64,000 bases of DNA from positions 572,264 to 636,263 of the forward strand of contig NC_057759.1 of the NCBI RefSeq assembly GCF_004010195.1. The letters run 5' to 3'. The position numbers and the translations under genes were made by a program. The DNA comes from Chiloscyllium plagiosum. Its lineage: Eukaryota. The notes beneath the pieces are model-generated. The model did no database searches, had not been told where the DNA came from, and was given only the letters and a program-made list of their open reading frames with translations. Shown piece by piece: positions 1 through 12,549 of the stretch. The stretch's first letter is position 1. Every line of letters starts with the position of its first letter.

Positions 1-140
1 CTCGGTAACATCATCGGAGAGCCTCCAGTGAAGCACTGGCATTCGTGACCCGCTTTCTATTTATGTGTTTAGGTGATATCATTTCCTGTGACGATGTCAT
101 TTGCTGTTTTGAAGTTATTTCCGGTTCTTTTTCCCAGATG
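1..140 (-). mobile_element. Penelope-like element terminal (pLTR) fragment, cut by window edge
   Basis: Reverse complement gcttcactggaggctctccgatgatgttacc resembles the terminus at 21470-21500 and the end of the GIY-YIG-bearing copy at 60270-60420. Confidence 0.6.
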
Positions 141-149
141 CATAGGATC

Positions 150-2218
150 GGAATAGAAACTGCAGGGGACGGGCACACTTGAAATGTAGAGTTTATTCAA
201 GGAACAGCTACTGTGTGTTCCTGGTAAGTATGTACCTGTCAGGCAGGGAGGAAATGGTCAAGCGAGGGAGCGGTGGTTTACTAAAGAAGTTGAATCTCCT
301 GTCAAGAGGAAGAAGAAGAAGAATGTTTGGGTGAGACGTTTTATCTCAGTTCAGGCGCTTTAGTGTTCCAGGTTAGCCAGGAAAGACTTAAGAAAGAGCT
401 AGAAGACCCAGGAGGGGGATGTCGTTTACAGATAGAATCAAGGAAAACCTAAAGTTTTCTATAAATATATCAGGAATCGAAGAATGACGAGAGAAAGTTT
501 AGGGCCAATCAAGGATAGTGGCAGAAATTTGTCCGAGGAGATAGGGGACGTGCGAAATGAATATTTTTCGTCAGTGTTTACAATGAAAATAGACAATGTT
601 TTCGAGGAGAATACTGAGTTGCAGTCACTAGACTAAACGGGATTGAAGTTCACAAAGTGGAGGTGTAAGCAGCTTTCTAAAGTGTGAAAGTAGATAAATG
701 CTGTGGGCCAGATGGGATTTATCCTAGGAATCTCTGGGAAGGCAGGGAAGAGATTGCAGAGGCTTTGGCTTTCATCTCTGTGTCATCATTATCTACAGGA
801 ATAGTGTCAGAAGACTGGAGGGTAGAAAACGTTGACCCTACTTCAAGAAAGGGATTAGAAACAACCCCATTAATTGTACACCAGCGAGCCTTACTTTGGT
901 TGAGGGTAAAGTGTTGGAAAAAGTTATATGACACAGGATTTATTATCAAGTAGGGAGGAAAAACTTTTACTCAGGATAGTCAACACGATATTGTGAAGGT
1001 TGTTCGTGCCTGACAAACCTTATTGAGTTATTTGAGAAGGTGACCAAATAGGTGGATGAGGGTAAAGTGGTTGATGCAGTTCATGTAGATTTCAGGAAGG
1101 TGTTTGTTAAGGACCCTGCGGTACAAAATACGGAGGCATGGGATTGAGGTTGATTTAGCAGTTTGGATCAGATATTGGCTAACTGAAAATAGATAGAGTG
1201 CGGTGGTTGATGGGAAATGTTCATCCTGGAGTTCAATTACGAGTGGTAACCCTCAAGGATCTGTTTTGGAGCCATTGCTGTTTGTCATTTTTTATAAATG
1301 ATCTGGATGAGGGTGTGGATGGATGGATAAGTAAATTTGCGGATAATAGTAACGTCAGTGGAGTTGTGCTGAATGATATTGAAGTTTACAGAGGAACATA
1401 GACAGGCTGCAGAGCTGAGCTGAGAGGGAGAAAATAGAGTGCAATGTCGAACAGTGTGAGCTGATTCAGTTTGGAAGGAACATTAGGAATATAGAGTATT
1501 GGGCTAATGGTAAGATTCTTGGTAGTGTAAATGAGAAGGGATCTCGGTGTCCATGTACATAGACCCCTGAAAGTTGCCACCCAGGTTGATAGGGTTGTTA
1601 AGAAGGCATATGTGTTAGCTTTTATTGATAGAGAGATTGAGTTTCGGAGGTATGAGGTCATGTTGCAGCTGTAGAAAACTCCAATGCGGCCACAGTCCGA
1701 GTGTTGCATACAGTTCTGGTCACCGCATTACCAGAGGATGTGAAAGTGTTTAGAGGAGATGGATTAAGATATTGCCTAGTATCGAGGGAGCTTCTTATGA
1801 GGAAAGCTATGAGATTTGAGGCTGTTTTCTTCAGAGATAATAAGGTTGACGGGTGACTTCATTGAAACATGTAAGATAATCAGAGAGTTAAGTAGAGTGG
1901 ACAGTGACAGTGAGAGCCTTTGTCCTCAGATGGTGATGGCTAGCACGAGGGGTCATAGCTTTAAATTGAGATGTGATAGATATAGGACAGCTCTCCGGCG
2001 TAGTTTCTTCCCTCAGGGAGTAGTAAGGTCGTGAAACGCACTGCGTGCAACAGTAGTGGATTCGCCAGCTTTTATGGCATTTAAGTGGTCATTTGAAAAA
2101 TATATGGTTGAAAATGGAATAATGTAGAATAACTAAGCTTCAGATTGGTTGCACAAGTCGGCGCAATGTCGAGGGTCGAAGTGCCCGTACTGCACTGTAT
2201 TATTCTATGTTCTATGTA
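150..2218 (+). mobile_element. CR1 LINE, 5'-truncated, degenerate ORF2 (RT) plus 3' UTR
   Basis: Fragments KVDKCCGPDGIYPR and FINDLDEGVDGWISKFAD; 3' tail tattctatgttctatg at ~2200-2217; many stops and frameshifts. Confidence 0.9.
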
Positions 2219-2369
2219 CTGTGGGTCCAGTGTTATAGGCTCAAGCGCTGATTGGCCCCCTCCATTTACAGTACTTCAGGCTGTAGCTTCTGAATAGCGT
2301 CATCGTGTCCTGGTGTAATTGAAATCCAGATCGACTAAATCTGTATGTACTAAAGCATCCTAGGAAAAA

Positions 2370-2985
2370 GTGATTCGGAATAGTCCGCATGCCTTTGTGA
2401 CTGAGAGATCATGACTGTTAAACTTGTTAACGTTCTTTGATGAAGTGACCAGGAAGTTGAGGAGAGAAGTCCTGTAGACGTCGAGAAATATGCCGCTGGG
2501 AAAACACAGCAAGTGAGGCAGCATCTGAGGATCAGGAGAATCAATATTTTTCACATTCCCGATGAAAGGCATTAGACAAGAACATCAACTCTCCTGCTTC
2601 TCAGATGTTGCCTGACCGGTTGTGCTTTTCCAATACCACATTTTTCAAATCTGATCTCCCATATCTGCAAGCCTCACGTTTTCCTAGCCTGCAGATGTGG
2701 GAGATCAGATTTAAAAAGCGTGATATTGGAAAAAGCACAACCGATCAGGCAATATCCGAGGAGCAGGACAGTCGAATCTAATGCCCTTCATCATGAATGC
2801 CCGTAACATTGATTCTCCTGATCCTCAGATGCTGCCTCATCTGCTGTGCTTTCCCAGCGCCACATTCCTCGACGTCTACCGCCCCTCGCTCATCAACATT
2901 CCTGGTGACTTCATGAAAGAACGTTAACAAATTTGTCAGTCATTATCTCCCACTCACAAAGGCATGCTGACTATTCCTAATCAAA
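2370..2985. repeat. Foldback inverted duplication (~300 bp arms, ~20 bp spacer) of CR1 plus inserted Penelope-derived short repeats
   Basis: gcatgcctttgtga...cttgttaacgttcttt (2387-2438) is mirrored by aaagaacgttaacaa...tcacaaaggcatgc (2916-2967); tctgatctccc (2650-2660) by gggagatcaga (~2700-2709). Confidence 0.8.
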
Positions 2986-5850
2986 CACTGTCTTTTCAAA
3001 TGCATGCATATCTCATCTCAGCATCCTCTCACGTAACATAGCCACCAAATGTTAAGCTTAGTGGTCTATGGATCCCTGGCCACTTTTTTGCTGTCCATCT
3101 TGAATAATGGCATACAATTTGCTCCACCCAGGTCTTCGAGACCTCACCTGTGGCTAATGATGATTCAAAATTATCAGCTAGGATTCCCGCAAATTCTTCT
3201 CTAAGCTCTTGCAGTATTCTTGAATATATCTGATCAGAGTCGGAGATGGATCCCTGTTCAACATTCTCGTACATTCAATCTCCTCTATTGTGATATTGAC
3301 TGTCCCCAAGGTATCACCACTAACTTCCCCAAGTTCCAAGTTTTCCTGTCTTTCTCCATGGTGAACACAGAGGGAAAATATTCGTTGAGGACCTCGCTGT
3401 TGAGGATCTCCTATGGTTCCACATATACATGTCCATTTTGGTTCTTGAGGGGTTGCCTGCTCTATCTAATTATTCATTTTAATTTAATATATTCAAAGTG
3501 CATCTTTGGATTCAACTTAATCTTCCCAGCCGAGACAATGTCGTGATACATTTTCACCCTTCTTATTTCCTTCTTCAGTAAACTCCTGTATCCCTTATAT
3601 ACTTAGAGGGATTCCCTACATTCGAGTTGCCTATACATGAGCCACACCTCCTCCTTTTTTCTGGTCAATATCTCTTGTCATCCAAGGCTCCCTATTCCTG
3701 CAAAAATTATCCATTACCATCACAGAAATATAAAGACCTTGAACTCTAGCTCTCTCACTTTTAAAGGCTTCCCACATGCCAAAGGTGCCTTTGCTTGCAA
3801 ACAAGCCATTCCAATCAAACCCTGCAATCTGTTGTCTAATTCCATCAAAAGTCACCTTGTCCCAGTTTAGAACTTGAACCTGTGGACTTGTTTTGTCCCC
3901 CTCCATACCTATTTAACAATTATTAGATCTGTGGTCAACGGTTTCAAAGTTCTCCCCCACTGTCTCCTCCGTCACCTGTCCTGCTCTATTCCCCAAGAGT
4001 AGGTCGGGTCGTGCCGCTTCCCACGTAGATTCCTCTATATGCTACTTGAGGAAACTTTCTTGAATGAATTTAACAGAGTCCACCCCACCTAAACCCTTAA
4101 CTCTCTGGCACTGCCAGTCTATGTTAGGAAAATTAAAATCCCGTGCTATGATAATCCCAATGCTCCTGCAAGTTTCTCCGATCTCCCTGCATATTTGTTC
4201 CTCTAATTTCCATTGACTGTTTGAAAGCCTATAGTACAACCCCAATAACGTCACCACCCCCTTCTTCATGCTTGGTCCTACCGACAAACCTCGTTGGATG
4301 ATCCTTCAGTTATTTCACCTCTGATTACTGCTGCAATACGCACATTAATGACAAATGCAACTACCCCTCCCACCACCTCTGTCCCGACTAAAGCCCCTGT
4401 TCCTCCCTTAGTCATATTTCTATAATGGCTATAAGATCCCATTTCACTATACCCATGCCCTGATTTAATTCCCTTACCTGTCAACCCTATTGCATTAAAA
4501 TATATGTAATTTAATTCGATAAGCATTCCTTGTTCACTGTCATGTTCCAGCCTGACCTGTCTCTCCAACTTATTATGTCTAATTACTGTATCTCCTTCCA
4601 GCCTTGTAATTGCCTCCCTGATGTTGATGATCCCATTCCCACCTCCATCCCACTAATCGACTTTAAACCCTCTCATGTTGCACTCACAAAGCTGGCCATC
4701 AGAATATTGGTACTTCTCCAGTTCAGTTGCAACACGTCCCGCTTGAACAGGTCACCTCTCTCCTCGCAAAAAATAACACTAGTCTAAAAATCCAAATTCC
4801 TGCTTCTGCACCAATCTTTAGCCATGGATTTATCTGCCATATCTTTCTATTTTACCCTCATGATCTCGTAGCACTGGAAGTAATCATGACATTATCACCG
4901 TTGAGGTCCTGGTTTTTAACTTTTCTCCTTTATAGCTCTCTATAATCACTTCGCAGGACATCATCCCTATTTCTAATTATGTCATTTGTGCCAATGTTCA
5001 CAATGATTTCTGGCTGCTCCCCCTCCCCCTTTAGACCGTTCTGCAGCTGCTCTGAGACAGGCTGCACCTTGGCACCTGTGGCACATCATCCTAGATTCGC
5101 ATTTGCCTTCAGAGAATCTCAAGTCTGTCCCTATAAATATCCAGCCTCCTATCTCATGAGACCCTCTTTTACCTTTACCCTTGCCCGCTGTGCCCAAACA
5201 CAGTTGTATTGCTACTGACCTGCCTCCTACTGGATTCCCCTTAATGGCCATTCCCCTCCCAACAATCTTCAAACTTGAATACTTGTTTTCGAGGAGATTG
5301 GCCACAGAGGATTCCTGCACTCTCTGTCTACTCCCTTTGCCTTTCCCCTTGGTCACTCAGCTACTCTCTGCCTGGAACATGACAGGGAATGTTGCATTAA
5401 ACTGAATTTTTGTAATACAAGAGGACCGAGGGGGTAAGTCTGATGAAGTCACGGCGTGGATAGGCAGAGTAATTACACGTATATGGCTAAGAGAGGGACT
5501 TGGGTTTAACCTCCTCACTAAAGCTCTTATCTATGATGAGCTCAGCGTTCCGAATGATCTTGACAGAATCCATCTCCCTAACACAATATCCCAGGAGCTG
5601 CAAATGTGTTGTACTTCCCATACGTGTAGTCATCAAGAACAACATCTATGAGCTCACACATCCTGTAGAGAGAACATGCAATGGTCCTAACTGCAATCTT
5701 ATCTGCCATAAGACTAAAGAGGAAACTTAACAAGTGATTATCTGAGCATACCTGTACTATTTGCTTAGCTGCTGCTCTTCGAATCTTCTTAAGCCAAAAC
5801 CTTACTACCCACTCTGCTACCAACAAATTTTGCAATAATACATCTCACCA
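2890..5850 (-). mobile_element. CR1 LINE 5' half: ORF1 remnants and ORF2 endonuclease region
   Basis: Minus ORFs GVVTLLGLYYR...RDFNFPNIDW, VLNWDKVTFDGIRQ, and the ORF1-like Cys motif IACSLYRMCE. Confidence 0.85.
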
Positions 5851-6419
5851 TCCCTTCATATTTAGGTTTGGTTCGAGAAGGTGTGTGACACTGCAGTGAT
5901 GCAATGCTTCATTGATAAGCTCTCCTCACACCAGGCCGATTACAACATGCACTTCAGTGCAGGTCACTGCTAGGTCTTGGAGCGCGTCTTGCTGACGTCT
6001 TCCTTCTGGTTGTGATTACTGCGCTGATGCAAATTGTCACCCAAACAGCCAATCCGTGTTGTCGCCGTCCTCTGTTGGACCTTTCTGTCTATTAGTACTG
6101 CATTTATGAATTCCTTGAATCAGTCGATTTTATTAGAACTGTGCCTCACTCCAGAGCGAGCGGGTTTGAAGTTCTTGTGAATACAGGGATAGTGAAAAAA
6201 GTGTTGGTCCTTTTAAACATAGGACCAACAGTATGGCCATCCGCTCTCTGAGTCTGTTTTTCCTTTCAATTAGTTTATATTTATGCTGATAATCCTCCAT
6301 TCAACTTTGCTGCATTTTTCCTGTAAACGTTGTTAAAAAAATATGTCTCTCTCATTTTGAAGATAATTAATGATTCAGCCTCAACAGTTATCAGAATTTT
6401 CTACAATTGTTTCAATGCC

Positions 6420-7640
6420 ACTGATATGAGATAAGATGGCCTTTAATCCCGTGTTTTATTTCTAGCGCTCAGGGTAAAATGTGAACCTACATGAGATGTT
6501 GGCCTGTCCTATCACACTTCCTCTGTGGACTGAGACAAAATAAAAAAAAAGGTTCAGAGCCAGTAATTTCCTCCCTCATCTTCCACATCCGCCTATGATA
6601 TAGCTTATCCAAATCTGGGCAATTGTCCACTCTTGATGCCGCATAAACTTCCAATTCGTCTCAGCTTCTGTATGAGTCTGCCCTGAATCCAATAACTGCT
6701 TCTCCAAAATGAAGACCGATATGAAGTGCAAGTTTAACATATTCTCTGACTCTGTGCACAGGTTACCTTCTTGATCCCTAATAGTTCCCATTCTTCCTCG
6801 CGTTATCCTCTCCCCCTTAATCTTGCTAATCAGAGCCGTTGATGTTCTATCACACCCCCTTTTTGCCTCTTCTACTTATTTTCTTAAGTTTAGCCCTACA
6901 CTTCCTATACTCAACTAGGACCTCCATTGACCTGCTCACTTCATACCTGCGTTCAGCTCCTCTTTCATTTCTTTTTATCCGTTCTGAATAATTGTATACG
7001 TTCAAGGTTTTCCTAAACTTCATCTTCGGCCTAACGTGTTGGGCTGACACTCCCATCAATTACATTTTGAGCATGGGACCACTGCCCCTTCCGCCCCAAC
7101 CTGTTCAGCTACAGTTTTACCCAGAAGTAAATGTACATTGGCCAGATCCTTAAATGTTTTAATAAAATCTGCCTCCCCAATTCAAAAACTACGTATTTTA
7201 AGACTTTTTCGTCTTTTCCTTGACAACCTTAAAACACATGATGTTACGTTTACTGGTCCAAAAATGCTCTCCAAATCCAGCCTAGAACACCTGACCGGCT
7301 TCGATCTCACAATGAGACCCAGTATTGTACCGCCTCATGTTGTATCTTCTACATGTTGACATAAGAAGCGCTCTGGAGTAAATGTCAAGACACCTACATC
7401 GACTTTAAAAATCATCACTGCCACACTGAGTTAAAATTCCTAAATATAATTACCCTATTATTATATTTACACACCCCATTGAATTGCTTCTATACCTGCT
7501 CCTGTATTTACTTTTATCTAGGGGTTAATAATATAGCTCAACAATATGTCTGTCATCGTTTTTTACACTATTGTCTAACAACAAAGCCTCATTTGAAGAC
7601 TCTCCAAGTTATCGTCCCACCTTACTGCAGCAACGGACTC
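6420..7640 (-). mobile_element. Old CR1 ORF2 fragment
   Basis: Minus ORF GTIRDQEGNLCTESENMLNLHFISVF matches the CR1 linker seen in other copies. Confidence 0.7.
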
Positions 7641-8354
7641 GTTAATTAATAATGATATGCAGGCGTCAGTGTTGGACTGGGGTGGACAAAATTAAAAATC
7701 ACGAACACCAGGTTACAGTCCAATAGGTTATTTCCAAACACTAACTTTCGGATCACTGCTTCTTCATTTGCTCTTATATACATGTATCAGGTTCCTGCAT
7801 CAAACTTGCCTGCTCCAGAGCAAATCCAGCGTGTCTTCACATTTACCAGTTTTAACTATCATTGGATATTGCTCTGGCTATCTGAACAACCCGTTTATAT
7901 CCTCCTGTCACCTAACACTTTCCTCCTCTCTGTGAACTACATAGCTAGTTGTTGTGTCGTCCACAAAACTAATTATCGCACCTCCCCACCCCCCATTTAA
8001 TTGCCATAATTTACGAATGTTGCACACAAACCTTTATATCCTTCCAGTTCTCCAGATATTATTGGCTGAGGAAGAATTCAGAATTCCATTTCCTCTTATT
8101 TTATTGAATTCCACTATCTGTCTTGGCGGGTTTCGAATCTGGGTTCTGAGTCATTACATAGTTCCATGAATTAATGCTATAGTGGTAATACTGCTGGAGA
8201 CTATCACCTCCACCCCAAAATTCAACTACTGGCAACAGCAGTGTTGCTGTTAGCGTGACTGAGGTACTGAAAAGTGTGCAGTTACTTTGTCAACTAAATC
8301 GATTGAGAACTGTTAATATTTCAGATCACTGGGACTGTGCAGAAATGTAACGGG

Positions 8355-8585
8355 TTAACAGCCAGGAAAAGAAACTGAGGATAGGAATGCATCTTCAACG
8401 CTGAGTGGGTGTACCATGTATACATGGATTTGAGTTGCTCCTGTCATTGCAAAGCCAGTGGAAGTTCTGTGGATGGAATTCTTGGGTTTGTGTTGTTTGC
8501 TGCTGCATTCATTCAGGGAGATCTCAAGGTCTGATGAACCCCCTCTGGAAGAAGTATACATACGGTCTGCTACATGGCTTCGAAA
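8355..8585 (-). pseudogene. Receptor copy 1: terminal cytoplasmic exon remnant
   Basis: Pyrimidine tract plus tccag acceptor at 8586-8587; open to TAA (FRSHVADRMYTSS...FPGC*); nucleotide similarity to 41374-41554 (ccatc..ttccactg..gcaa..gcaa.tcaaat). Confidence 0.45.
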
Positions 8586-8879
8586 CTGGAGCAGAAGTTG
8601 AACAGAAGGAAAATTGTGTAAGACGAGAGGAGTAGGACACGGCAGAGTACTCGCTGGGATTTCCAGGAATATTTTCCAATATTGTACTTATTCCAGGTAT
8701 AAAATGTGATTTCTGTTTGATTGAACAATGGAAAATTCACAGAGTTGTGCTCCCTCCGTCAGCATAACCTGAAGTGTCACTCAGGCTACGAAGAAATCTC
8801 GTTTGATTCCAGGCAGGAGAGGGTGACACATAGATCATGTGTCAAAGTTTAGTCCTCTGATGAATCACGAGGTGACACA

Positions 8880-9355
8880 CAGGTGAATACGTTGATTCTG
8901 TCGACAAAGAGGACGGAACAGAAACCTTCTTGAAATATTAGGGAACTAGGGGACCGGATCAATTGATGAACTGCATGAAATTAGAATTATTAAAGCGGAA
9001 GTACTCGGAAAAAAATCATTGTATTGAAGAGTTGTAAGTCAGTGTACCAAATGAGTGCTGAATTTAAAAGCTACGGAGATACAGATAGATGATTCAGCTA
9101 GCTGGATAGTTTTATTAGGAGCGATATAGACACGATGGGGCCTTCTGTACCGTAAATTCATATGATTCTATGAGACACATCCCTGTCTATTGAGGGAGAT
9201 CAAAGTTATTCAAATCTCTTTAGATTCATGAAATGATCCTGCAGACTATGAAGTAGCTATTGTGACCGCAAATATTTCAAACAGGATGAAGAGGGAAAAC
9301 AAAAGGCCAAATAATGTATAGCATGACGTCAGTTGTGAGGAAAATATTAATACTT
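8880..9355 (+). mobile_element. Old CR1 ORF2 fragment
   Basis: Degenerate CR1-type linker sequence (tctgtcgacaaagagga, tcaaatctctttagattc). Confidence 0.5.
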
Positions 9356-9404
9356 TTTTTTGCAAGAAATGAGTTCCAACACCTCTGCTAAATAAATTAA
9401 ACAC

Positions 9405-10160
9405 TGTTTATGACGCAGCGGCGAACTTCCTGTTAATTAAACCAAAGATTCAGAAAAACTCATCTTGTCTCATCGTCTGTTAAAATATGAGTGACAGAAA
9501 ACTGTCAAATTTCATCATTTAAAGAAAATAATACCAACTTATTTTTTAACTTTAAATGTGAACATTAAACAACAACTATTCAGAACTCTAACGCCCCTTT
9601 CTCTATACCGCTTATTACCCACCTCCAACTCGATATCAATATATTGTTCCAATAAAACACTTATTCACATTACATAAACTTAATTTCAAAACCACACAGC
9701 GTCAGTCATCATCAGTGCCTGCCTTCTTCCGGTTGAAAATTTCCCTGGGTCGTCTTCTTTCTTTTTCCTGTGGAAATGTTTCATATGAAAATGTACTTTT
9801 GATAGAGAGCGTTTTAATGTCTTGGGGCTTTCTTGCTGTCTGTCAATGGCAATTGCTCTGTCTGATTTTCATAATGCCAACCTTTGTTCTGTCCACAACA
9901 TCAGATTGTCTCATCGTTCGATGTTGGCAAAAGGATAAATTCAAAACCGATTGTGTTTTAGTATCCTGGTTCATAATTTAAATTGATTGGTTAAACTCGA
10001 ACTGTTATCAAAACAGCAACCAACTTAGGCATCCACTTCAGAGCAAAATGTTATATGTTTTCAATTTTCCTATACTCTGAGACTGCTTTTGTAAGCTGTC
10101 AGTGCGGAACAGCATTCACTCTCTCTGAAAGATACAGTATATGCCTTCAATTTCTTAACA
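9405..10160 (-). mobile_element. Solo LTR related to the Gmr1-like element LTR at 34774-35551
   Basis: TG...CA ends; reverse complement tgttaagaaattgaaggcat resembles LTR start tgttacgaaatcgaaagcat. Confidence 0.7.
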
Positions 10161-10274
10161 CATGCTTGCCTCGGGATCTGCTAAAAGAGTGAATGAGAGA
10201 AAACGCTTGGTTTCCAAAGTTTGTAGAAATATAATATATGATTTTCCTAACTCTAATAGTGAACACTAAGCAAA

Positions 10275-11458
10275 ATGTGAGGACAGCAGATGCTGGAGAT
10301 CAGAGTCGAGAGGGTGGTGCTGGAAAAGCACAGCAGATTAGGCAGTATTCGAGGAGCAGGACAATTGACGTTTCAGGCATGACCCCTTCATCTGGAACGA
10401 GGCTTGTGGGTCGGGGCTGAGAGATAAATGAGAGTGGGCGGAGTTGGAGGAGGTAGCTATGAAAGCGATGGGTTGATGAAGGTGAAGGAGAAGGTGATAC
10501 GTCAGAGATGGCAGTGATGGACGTGACCAGAGGGAGGTGCTGAGTTGGAGGCTTGGGACTGGGATAATGTGGGGTGAGGGTAAATGAGGAAGCTTTTAAA
10601 ATCCACATTTACCTCGTGTGGAAATATATTCATTTCACAAAACTGATATTCTACTCCACCAACCTCTGCATCCTCCGCCACTTGCGCCACAACCAAATGG
10701 TCCACACCACCAGAGATATATTTACCTCCCTACCCCTACCAATGTCATGAAAAGATGATTCCCTCCCGGACCCTCTCGTCAGGTCCACAGACCCCACCAG
10801 CCAACAGCTCATTCCTGGCACCTTTCCCAGTCACCGCAGCAAGTGTAGAAACTGCGCTCACACCACTCCCCTCACTCCAATTCAAGTCCCCAATGAATCC
10901 TTCCACATCAGCAGGAATTCACCTGTACCTCTACTAATGTCATCTACTGCATCCGTTGCATCCGGTGTTGTCTCCTCTGCATCAGGGAAGCAGGACACCT
11001 TCTTGTGGATCATTTTAGTGAATATCTCTGGGGCACCCGCACCCACCAACCTCACCGCCCCATGGATGAACCCTTCAACTTCCCCTCCAACTCAATCAAG
11101 GACAGCTCGGTCCTGGACCTTCTCCATCGCCAAACCGTTACCAACCGACGCCTGGAGGAGGAACGACTCATGTTCCACCTTCGGACCCTGCAACCACACG
11201 GGATAAATGTCGATTTCAACAGCTTCTTCATTTCCCCTTCTCCCACATTTTCCCAGTTCCAAGCCTCCAACTCGGAACCACCCTCCGGACCCATCCATTA
11301 TTGCCCCCTCTTAACTGGCACCTTCTCCCTCACCTTCATCCATCTATCGCATTCCTAGCTACCTCCATACCCATTAGGGCTAATGCCCGAAACGTCGATT
11401 CTCCTGATCCTCCGATGTTACCTGACCTGCTGTGCTTTTCCAGCACCACACTCCAGAC
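10275..11458 (+). mobile_element. Penelope-like element 3' part (GIY-YIG remnant, Neptune-like) with inverted terminal copy
   Basis: FTCTSTNVIYCIRC...EERLMFHLRTLQPHGINVDFNSF; left end is the reverse complement of the right end; 17-bp TSD agtgaacactaagcaaa at 10258-10274 and 11459-11475. Confidence 0.85.
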
Positions 11459-12267
11459 AGTGAACACTAAGCAAAGTTATTTGAAAATTCTGATCTTTTT
11501 TTTTCTTGCCTAATCATTTTCTCATCCTACTCTATTAAAATGCTGCTGCAATAACATAATTGCGAAACACAAAATGGATTTAATCTCTCAAAGTTCGAGC
11601 ATCTTCCTCCCTGTCTTCCGAATCTGCTATCTTCCACTTGCCCTTCGAACTCTGCTGTTTCCTTCTGTCCTTCTGATTCTACTGTCTTCACCCTGTGCTG
11701 CCGCCTTACTTTCTATTGCGCGTATTTTTAGCTTTAAATTGGCTTGGTATCTCTTAAAAAGACGGTGCCTTCTGATATTTTTATATGAGAGTTTTAAGGG
11801 TTACATACGCTCTCATGTTCGATGGGCAGCTGGCTCTGGGCAATATCCAACATGCCCTTCATTTTTGTAATTTCACAAGACTTGTTACCTCTCATTGGTC
11901 AGATGATGTCAATGCAATCAATTTCAAATTCCATTGGTTTTTGGTATTCTGGGAATAATTTGATTTAATTGGCAAAACTCAAATCCAGTTGCTTAATGTT
12001 AAAACCTAACCCCAACCTGATTGTTACACAATATCAATGGTATAGTGGTGATGCGGTCAGTTTGACACGATTATTTTGTCCTTGGGTTTTTTTCAAGAGC
12101 GGTAATCAAGGCAGACGTGCCCAAATGTCTCAGAAAAAAGCTCAATTGAGCAATGGCAGGGGAGTGTCAATTCTCACATTTCAGATTATTTCTTGTTTGG
12201 ATTACTTGTAGCAGAGAAGCTGCTCATAGCAGGCACAGAAACTGATGCAGTGGCAATCGGGTCCATG

Positions 12268-12530
12268 TGGCACAGTGGCTCAGTGGTTAACACTGCTACA
12301 TCACAGCACCAGAGACCCAGCTTCAGGTGATTGGTTGTGTGGAGTTTACACATTCTCCCCGTGTCTGCATACGTTTACTGCCACGCCAAAAAGATGCACA
12401 CATTAGATAAGTTAGCCATGCTAAACTGTCCGCAGTGTTCCGGGATGTATCAGTTAGGTGCATTAGTCTGATGAAATGTAGGGTAATGGTTCTGGGTAGG
12501 ATACTCTTCAGAGGGTCACTGTAGGAATAC
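12268..12530 (+). mobile_element. HE1-like tRNA-derived V-SINE
   Basis: tRNA head gtggcacagtggctcagtggttaacactgc followed by V-domain tgtgtggagtttacacattctccccgtgtctgc. Confidence 0.85.
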
Positions 12531-12549
12531 TAACCCTAATTCGATCTTC

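Larger units (their letters stand above)
9360..12028 (-). mobile_element. Older Gypsy-type solo LTR split by two later insertions (pieces ~9360-9404, 10161-10274, 11476-12028)
   Basis: Pieces are collinear with the 9405-10160 LTR (cttgcctcgggatctgctaaaagagtgaatgagagaaaac vs cttgtctcatcgtctgttaaaatatgagtgacagaaaac); ends gttaca. Confidence 0.55.

Noticed and set aside
12268..12320. tRNA gene
   Set aside because: It is the tRNA-derived head of a SINE and continues into the V-domain without a full cloverleaf
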